The translations under genes and the position numbers were made by a program. DNA of 64,000 nt, taken from Octopus sinensis (Eukaryota). Below, one piece after another: positions 55,114 through 64,000 of the stretch. Positions within the stretch are counted from its first letter, which is position 1. The number at the start of each line of letters is the position of its first letter. The notes beneath the pieces were generated by a model. That model saw only the letters and a list, made by a program, of their open reading frames with translations, had not been told where the DNA came from and searched no databases. The stretch is taken from positions 58,416,464 through 58,480,463 of the forward strand of contig NC_043011.1 of NCBI RefSeq assembly GCF_006345805.1. The letters are read 5' to 3'.

Positions 55114-55304
55114 CTACAGAAGAAAGAGTGAGAGAAAGTTGTGGCGAAAGAGTACAGCAGGGATTGCCACCCCCTGCCGGAGCCTCGTGGAGCTTTTAGG
55201 TGTTTTCGCTCAATAAACACTCACAACGCCCGGTCTGGGAATCGAAACCGCGATCCTACGACCGCGAGTCCGCTGCCCTAACCACTGGGCCATTGCGCCT
55301 CCAC
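55113..55304 (-). mobile_element. SINE family C head and body
   Basis: GTGGAGGCGCAATGGCCCAGTGGTTAGG...GGTTTCGATTCCCAGACCGGGCG. Confidence 0.9.
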
Positions 55305-56359
55305 ACATTGACATGTATTATATAGCTGACTAAATTGTGGCTAAGGTCCTGTTTAAAGATGGAGGATGAATTCCGCCGTGGGGACGCAGTCACAACGTCT
55401 GTTGTGTGCCTTTCTGCTGGCCACAGTTTTATTGTTGCAGTGTGTTCAGAGTGCAGTCATGATGTCGTCATTTTGATATCCGGCGTTAATCATCATGACA
55501 CATATGACTCTTTCCAATATTCAGATGGTTTTCAGTCCTCCATATAAGCAAACTGATTTCTCAGCCAGAAATTTAATATCTATGTTCTACAACGCATTTG
55601 ACTGTTCACCAAAATACCAAGCAGCTCCTAGAAAAAGGAGACGAAGATCTTTAAATGTTGTCCGAACACCCTGCATATTTCCTTGAAAATTAAGTGAATG
55701 AAAATAAAAACCCTGTCAGGGATCAGAATGTATATAATGAGAAGACCATTTCCTACAGTTGTTACCTGAATATTCGAACATATAAAACCATGCATAAATC
55801 TATTTTGCAGCATCTCCTAATAGGGAGAGGTAACAAACTATGATACTTTCCACAACATATGCTGGGTCATTAGCACGTAGTTGCCTTAACCACATATAAG
55901 GGCTTACACGATCCTGCATAAAATAACAAGAACAGCTCGTATAAAAATTATTTCACACTTCAGCACAATATCTCAAACAATATATGAAGATAGAATGAAT
56001 TCGATCGGCCTTTGAACCTGTACATATCTTGTAACTCTTTTATTGACTCCAGGTAAAGGTAGCTCACATTTGACATAACAATATTGGTCTTACGATGCTG
56101 AGCGTTGATGCATAATATTGTGTGGCATATTTCATCGCGCATTCTTGAAGATCTATAAATCAACATCCTGTAAGATTAGCGCATTTTCTCACAGCGAATG
56201 AATGATGAACATTAAAAACAACATAGCTAAGAACTTTTCAAAAATGACAAATGTGATTCTATGTATGCGAGTTTGATATAAACATTGTGAAACTACGTTC
56301 GTTAAGCAGAAAGATCTTTGGAAAGTTGACGGAAAGTTTTCTCTACTCAACACACGCAT

Positions 56360-56392
<33 letters not shown>

Positions 56393-56886
56393 CACATATA
56401 CACACACATACACACACGCACAAACACATACACTTGTCTTTTATTCATTTATCAAATCTGAAGATTTACCATTATAGATGAGAACAGAGTGGAAACCTTA
56501 AAAAAATGGAATTCTATTTGTAATATATCGATGATGTGACAGTTTCTATTTTGGCATATTCCTGATCATATGAGTTTTGTTTTGAAAGAATTCTATAACA
56601 TACGTAATGGACAAGATTCCACCTTTAGCAATTTACAATCGGATGGTAAGGACGTGATACCGTTTCCTTTCTCATTCTCCTATACGCTGGGACCATATTG
56701 TAGGCAAAAGCATTGAGTAATTGTTAACAATAGAACTAGATAGCAAAGACATCCATTCACAAGAAATGCAATTATATAATCTTTCATGTGAACTCAAAGC
56801 ATTCTAACTCTCTTACTTTTGCGATTATAGCTGAAGAAACTTAACCATTTAACAAATATATGTGTACTCAAGGCTGCCTTTGTATA

Positions 56887-57257
56887 TCTCTATATATATA
56901 AACAGCAAAATGCCTGTGTGTGTGTGTGTGTGTCCTTTATAAAAATCCACAATTTTTCAGTTAGAGGGCTCACACTTTCTATGGTCATTCAAAACCGTCC
57001 AAGGTTGGTCATTCACATCTTTACACTTCCCCAGTCACCCCGCAAAGCCATAAAAACCATTAGAAGTGACATTTTTGTAAATTTTCTTTTTCAAAACCCA
57101 ACCAAAATGCCCAAAACCTGATACGCCAATTGAATGCCAGCTAGCTGTATGTGATTGGTCGGAGATTTGGACAGTACTCGCGTGTATGTGCACACGTACA
57201 CAGCTGTATATGCATGCACTAGCACTATGACCCAGCGTTGCCGGGTCATAGTGCTAG
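56887..57257 (+). mobile_element. Non-autonomous Helitron
   Basis: A|TC 5' end (TCTCTATATATATAAA), (TG)n near the 5' end, subterminal hairpin, CTAG|T 3' end, no TSD. Confidence 0.75.
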
Positions 57258-57423
57258 TATTATATATATTAATATTGATATTACAAAAACGACAATAACG
57301 TTAGCAACAACAACAATAGTGAAATGAACAGCAGCAACTGATGATGATGATGATGATGATGATGATGACGACGGCAACGAAGACATCAACAACAACAACA
57401 ACAGCGTTAACAACAATAATAAT

Positions 57424-57655
57424 ATTCCTTTCTTTTTAGCACATGGCCTGGAATTTGGTGGACGAGGGATGGTCGACTACATCGACCGCCCCCCCCCCCC
57501 TCAGTACTCAACTGGTACCTTATTTTATCGACCCCAATAGCATGAAAGGCAAAGTTGACCTCGGCGGAATTTGAACTCAGAACGCAAGGACGGAGGGAAT
57601 GATTTCTCGAACACATTTCGCCAGATGTGCTAACGATTCTGCCAGCTCACTGACT
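57424..57655 (-). mobile_element. SINE family B variant
   Basis: TGAAAGGCAAAGTTGACCTCGGCGGAATTTGAACTCAG. Confidence 0.8.
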
Positions 57656-57900
<245 letters not shown>

Positions 57901-58082
57901 GAAAGATTAAACAAATAAGCACTGTATTAATTCTTAAAGAACCCGCTCGGGATTAACGCGATTAACACACTTCCGTTACATCATCCATCATGCGTTGGTA
58001 TTTATTCATTTATTTCTAAGTATCAGTCTGTTTCAAATATACGAAATAGAGTAAGTACGCAATACCTGTTGCGTCACAGGGT

Positions 58083-58455
58083 TACTCTTTTACTCCTGTA
58101 ATTGTTTTAGTCAGTTGACTGTGGCCATGCTGGAGTACCGCCTTTAGTCGAGCAAATCGACCCCAGGACTTATTCATTGTAAGCCTAGTACTTATTCTAT
58201 CGGGCTCCTTTTACCGAACCGCTACGCTACGGGGACGTAAACACACGAGCCTCGGTTGTCAAGCGATTTTGGGGGGCAAACACAGACACGCAAACATATA
58301 CACATACATACATATATATATATGCATATATACGACGGGCTTCTTTCAGTTTCCGTCTACCAAATCTACTCACAACGCTTTGGTCGGCCCGAGGCTATAG
58401 TAGAAGACACTTGCTCAAGGTGCCGTGCAGTGGGACTGAACCCGGAACCATGTGG
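58083..58455 (-). mobile_element. SINE family A, nearly full length
   Basis: Reverse complement aligns to about 61190-61556. Confidence 0.88.
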
Positions 58456-58795
58456 CTCACTGCCTATCCTTATAGAGTTACCTTTTACAAACCGAATGCA
58501 TACAACTACTCGCCGCAAATATTTCTGGGTGTCCCTTCATTTGTCAGTTTTAGATGAACCGGAAGCAAATGGATTCCAAAAATGTTCCCGTAGGGATCTT
58601 TGCAAGCGAGCTTTCAAGTATACTATATTGAAAAGAAATTATAAAAAACAAAATGCAAAAGAATGCAAAGTAATTAAGGGCAACACGTTTAATAGAGAGA
58701 GAAACAGACCTAATTAAGTATAGGAACAACCCACCGTTGCAATCACGAGTCTTAAGCAGAGAAGTTTATTTTCGCATTAACAATAATACCTCCGA

Positions 58796-59157
58796 AGGCA
58801 GCGAGCTGGCAGGATCGTTAGCTCGCCGGGCGAAATGCTTAGCGGTATTTCGTCTGTCTTTACGTTCTGAGATCAAGTTCCGCCTAGGTCAACTTTGCCT
58901 TTCATCCTTTCGGGGTCGATTAAATAAGTACCAGTTACGCACTGGGATCGATATAATCGACTTAATCCGTTTCTCTGTCCTTGTTTGTCCTCTTTGTGTT
59001 TAGCCTCTTGTGGTTTTGTTAAGAAATAGGTATTTCATCTGTCTTTACGTTCTGAGTTCAAATTCTGCCGGAGTCGACTTTGCCTTTCATCCTTTCGAGG
59101 TCGATAACTGGCTCCCTCCCACCAAAATTCAAGCCTTGCGTACAGAGAAGGAAATAA
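58796..59157 (+). mobile_element. SINE family B with second partial unit
   Basis: Restart after AAGAAATAGG|TATTTCATCTG at about 59030. Confidence 0.85.
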
Positions 59158-60638
59158 CCTAATACCTCCTGAGAAGCATAAGTTTCTGATGCCCGATAGA
59201 ACACAGTCTTCACCGATCACTTACCTTCCCAGACTGCGTTACGTCATTCAGTTGTTTGACATCGAATGCAGGTGGGATTTAGGAGAAGATCATTTCATTA
59301 GCTTTCTTGCTGACTGTAATCGAACCTGTATTCTTTGTGCTTTGTAACAAAGCTTGCAACATAGCAAATGTTTTCATCTCCGGAACCTGATTTTGTTGGC
59401 ATTGGCGTCTTCCTTTTCCGTTTATATTTTATCTTTCTTCGGAACAGAAAGCGTTCAATGGTCTTTAACTACCACGCACATCGTAATTGTGAGTTTTGCG
59501 GCGGTCTACAAATTCAAATGCTAAACTATCCACTTCAATGCAACTGTGAGGTCACCCTTGTGTTGCCATCTGGATCTGAAGCTCCAAATACTCATCATAC
59601 AACATTATGTTGCTCGCATTCACTTAGTTGTTTCTACAATGTATTTAAGATGAAAAGTAAAACGGTTAACGGCTATGTCAGTATTTGTGAGTTTCGTATT
59701 TCTGAAAGCCAAACTAGGCTCTGGGCCATACAGTCCATGGCCGCCATTGCCAATACTGTGCTAGTTCAATTCCTGCTTTAATTAGAATCTCGGTGCTATA
59801 CACCAAACATACATTACAATATGCCTTGCTTTGTGAGTTGGAAAACACATCCTAACCGGTACGAAGAGATTTCCTTGAAGTGTCTTTTCGGAGATATATA
59901 AGGCATCTCTGTTTCCTTCCCGAAAAAAAAAATAAGTGGGGGTAGGGGATGGGGTGGAAATGACGTGTATCACATACTTCGCGGCTAAGAAGAAATCCTC
60001 AAACCGATAAGAGGATATTGAATTTTGATACTTCATCCGTTACTCATTTTGTTCTAGATCTGGTTCGAGTTGATATTGGTTCATTTTTTCTTATCCATTT
60101 ACGTATGTCAAAATTGTGATCATTTTGTGGAGTTGTTATTGTTATTCTTGTCCCTCCTAACTTTTGCTTCTTTTTTTTTTCTGTTTCCTATCATCGTTTA
60201 ATTGCAAGAATTCAAGCTCGAAGATCTTTGCGTTTAAGGTTTTCTATTACAATTTTATTTATTATTACTATTTATTTATTTTTTTTTAACATTTAAAGAA
60301 ATTGTGTAATCGTATTTGTTTAGGTTATAGAGGGCACATTTCTCCCTTTCTCTGCCAATTCAGAGCCACCCATATTACAACATGTATAAACTGAGGAAAT
60401 GGATATTTACTCAAATATGTATAAAGAGCTAAAAATGTCGAAAATCAAATCATTCTTCCTCTTCTTGAGGTGATGGAATGGTTTCGCAAACAAACGGTAA
60501 GACGCCCTCTCTCGGCAAACAGAAAGAAATGGTTTTCTTAGGATTTAATATATTTTTGCAGAGGATTGTTTACAGAAGCAGTTAACAATGACGAATGATT
60601 ATATATATATATATATATTATATATATATATATATATA

Positions 60639-60670
<32 letters not shown>

Positions 60671-60797
60671 AGTGTGTGTGTGTGTGACAAAGATCATATA
60701 TAAATATACATATAATATATATATATATATAAAGGGTGTTTTTCTCAAATTCTGACGACTTTTTTTCTCAATATTCAATTCTGTACATCACACCTAA

Positions 60798-60842
<45 letters not shown>

Positions 60843-61107
60843 AAGAGAGAGAAATCGATGAATGGATGTATGTGGTGCATCCCGTCCACCATACCAAGCA
60901 GGATATTTGTTTAATTCCGACATACATTTTTTTATACACTACTTACCTGAGAGTTATCTCTGGACAAGTACTACAGGCGATGCATTCCCAATAAGTATGA
61001 TATAATGGTTGGCTATACACATGTACACACACATATACCCAAATACACATACGCACACACACAACCACAAACACACACATATAAGTATGTCTTCACTAAT
61101 ATATACC

Positions 61108-61147
<40 letters not shown>

Positions 61148-61149
61148 AT

Positions 61150-61556
61150 AGGCGCAGGAGTGGCTGTGTGGTACGTAGCTTGTTTACCAACCACATGGTA
61201 CCGGGTTCAGTCCAACTGCGTGGCAACTTGGGCAAGTGTCTTCTACTATAGCCTCGGGCCGACCAAAGCCTTGTGAGTCGATTTGGTAGAGGGAAACTGA
61301 AAGAAGCCCGTCGTATATATGTATATGTATGTATATGTGTGTGTGCGTGTATGTTTGTGTTTGTCCCCCTAGCATTGCTTGACAACCGATGCTGGTGTCT
61401 TTATGTTCCCGTCAAATAGCGGTTCGGCAAAAGAGACTGATAGAATAAGTACTGGGCTTACAAAGAATAAGTCCCGGGGTCGAGTTGCTCGATTAAAGGC
61501 GGTGCTCCAGCATGGCCGCAGTCAAATGACTGAAACAAGTAAAAGAGTAAAAGAGT
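61150..61556 (+). mobile_element. Full-length SINE family A in (TA)n
   Basis: tRNA-like head with A/B boxes, internal (TA/TG) microsatellite, tail ending GTAAAAGAGTAAAAGAG. Confidence 0.9.
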
Positions 61557-63767
61557 ATGTATATATATATATATATATAACGAAACATTAAAGAAAAAAG
61601 AGCTCAGTCAATTCGCCGCGAAATTTCACAGTATTTTACAATTTTAGCCGTTGTACACACACACCCACTTACTCCTCCACAGACAAATGCAGGAGCCAAA
61701 CAATCGGGCATGCATCCATATATTTGTCTACTTGTGTATATCTGTGTCTGTGTGCGTGAGTGTTATGTGTGTACGTGCATCAGAACTGAATGTAAAAAAA
61801 AAAGAACGCCTAGAAATATTGCATGGATGTGCCATTGATGAATATTTATTTCATTCTGATTATGCGTATGAAACTTAATTGGACTTAACTGAAGGCGAGT
61901 GGTTGTCAATGCGAATTTCAACAACGATCAATTTGGGACGTGCAACAGCTCAGCAAGAAATCAAAGCTGCTTTCGCAAATCCATATTGCTGCAAGCCCAA
62001 ACCAATGTGCAGCCACTTATATCCGATATGAGCGAATGTTCTTGTCTCATGGTATTTTATAGGTTAGAGGAAGAAAATAGTCGACAAACAAATCAGTGAA
62101 AATTTTATAGGAAACCGAATAAAGCTAGTGAAGGATATTCAATGAAGGTTTATAGGATGTTAATTGAGTGTTAATTGATTGGCAGAACTATATTATGCAT
62201 AATATAAAAAAAACAGAAACAAATAACTAAAAATCCAATACAAAAAAATTAGCAACAATAATAACAATTATAACGTTCAAAAATAAAGAATAACTGATAA
62301 CAATCTCACAGCTCTCAACGGCACCGCCATTAACACCGCCATAGCACTGTCATCATCATCATCATCATCATAAACAAGATTGCTACTAGACGTATCAACA
62401 ATATTCATAATAATAATCATATTAAGAATAGGAAATTGGGAATGACTGAGTTGAAAGCTTCCCTTTGGGTCAACTGACCTCAATGTGACATCTGTAATTA
62501 ATTTTATAAGAGCAATCAGCTGCACTCAATGTCAGTAATGATGCATATTAGCAAATAGCTTTTTTTTATCGCAATGCAAACTATTAGGAACTGTTTGTCT
62601 TGTCAATATAATGAGAGTCTATTGCTTCAGGATAAGGAGACAGACATAGAGAAAGAGAGAGGGAGAGAGAGGGGGAGAGAAAGAGGGGGAAGAGTAAATC
62701 AGTGTGAAGAGGACAAAGGAGACATTTAAGCAAGATATTTCTGATTCAAAACAGAGGTGCTTACACTTAAACCATAATATTTCCTGACTAATCTAAACCT
62801 TTTCATAGTTCTTAACATCCTGATAAATTGTTTCAATATTAAGACACATACACATATATTAATATATACATACATACAAACATACATACATGTGTATATA
62901 GATATTCTAGATATGTAAATATATACATTAATATACACATACATATATATATACATACATACATACATACGAACATACATACATATGGCATATGTAACGC
63001 ACTGCCTGAATATTAATTTTGAGAAATTATGCTTCTCAAAACCAGAAAGAAGAAAGCTGATTCGAAGACTACAGATCCAATCCATCACTGTAGAAACAAC
63101 TAAGTGAATGCGAGCAACATAATGTTGTGTGATGAGTATTTGGAGCTTCAAATCCTGATGGGTGACCTCACAGAAGTTTAACATCACCAGAAGTTTAACA
63201 TCACCAGAAGTTTAACATTTAAATATATATAAGTGTTTCTAGATATGCAAATATGTGCATGAGAATGTATACATAAAGCAGAACAAAGTTGGAAATAAAT
63301 AGAGCGAAAACAAGGGAACACTTGTAGATATATAAATAAATAGAGTTATAGAGCGTGGCGGAACGAGAGGGAGAGAAAGAGAAATACATAAAAGCATTCC
63401 GAAAGTGAATTAGTGATTAGTGATATATTAGAAAGGTCTTCTTAGCTTCCATTACGGGTTTGTAAACCTTATAAGAATAATGCTCTATTAAAAACAAATT
63501 CCACCCAGCTGAAATATCTGAAATAAACAGTATTTTCACATTTTTTAGCAGTTCTTCTGTTTGAAATAAAAGAAAAGTACTGGACAATATAGAACAAGAC
63601 CATTTTGCCAGAGTTCAGATTCTATCATTGGGTTTGGAAATCAAGGTGATTTGAAATCATTTCGGTCAGTTTGTGTTGTTACTATACTTCATGCTTTGCA
63701 ACAAACCAATACAGAGAAACACACACACACACACATACACACACACACACAAACACACACACACATT

Positions 63768-63985
63768 GCTTCACTGACCACAAAGGGCTAAACATAGAGG
63801 GACAAACAAAGATAGACAAAGGGATATTAAGTCGATTACATCGACCCCAGTGCGAAACTATTACATTATTTATCGACCCCGAAAGGATGAAAAGTAATGT
63901 CCACCTCGGCAAAATTTGAACTCAGAACGTGACGACAGACGAAATACCGGCTCGTTAATATTTCTGCCAGCTCGCCGCCTTACAG
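63768..63985 (-). mobile_element. SINE family B
   Basis: CGACCCCGAAAGGATGAAA...TTTGAACTCAGAACG...CTGCCAGCTCGCCGCC. Confidence 0.85.
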
Positions 63986-64000
63986 CACGCCGCCTTACAG

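Noticed and set aside
63171-63218. 17-bp direct repeats, superficially CRISPR-like
   Set aside because: No spacers, eukaryotic context, no cas genes; simple tandem duplication

Overview
AT-rich eukaryotic (animal) non-coding DNA, almost entirely microsatellites and transposon debris. The SINE families and the (TA)n/(ATGT)n/(TAA)n load resemble what I recall of octopus genomes; this is an inference, not a database match. No intact host protein-coding gene is supported, and nearly all listed ORFs are microsatellite translation artefacts. Supported elements: decayed mariner (1170-2145, 36536-36745) and Tc1 (47720-48736) transposases; a cluster of R4/Dong-type RLE non-LTR retrotransposon fragments, several inside (TAA)n; RTE fragments, including a 370-bp bipartite mini-RTE; a Penelope-like coding remnant; a non-autonomous Helitron; a 5S rRNA pseudogene; four tRNA-derived SINE families. 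Most notable is a possible self-cleaving-RNA retroelement system. A perfect minimal type I hammerhead ribozyme (16762-16804) ends a 2.7-kb non-coding, strand-skewed, internally repeated element. Several degenerate hammerheads and fold-back palindromes sit beside (TA)n or (TAA)n tracts, consistent with Penelope-like/retrozyme elements. There is also a SINE-head/Dong-tail chimera and a candidate HDV-like ribozyme at the 5' end of the mini-RTE. Repeat boundaries are approximate and were read by eye.
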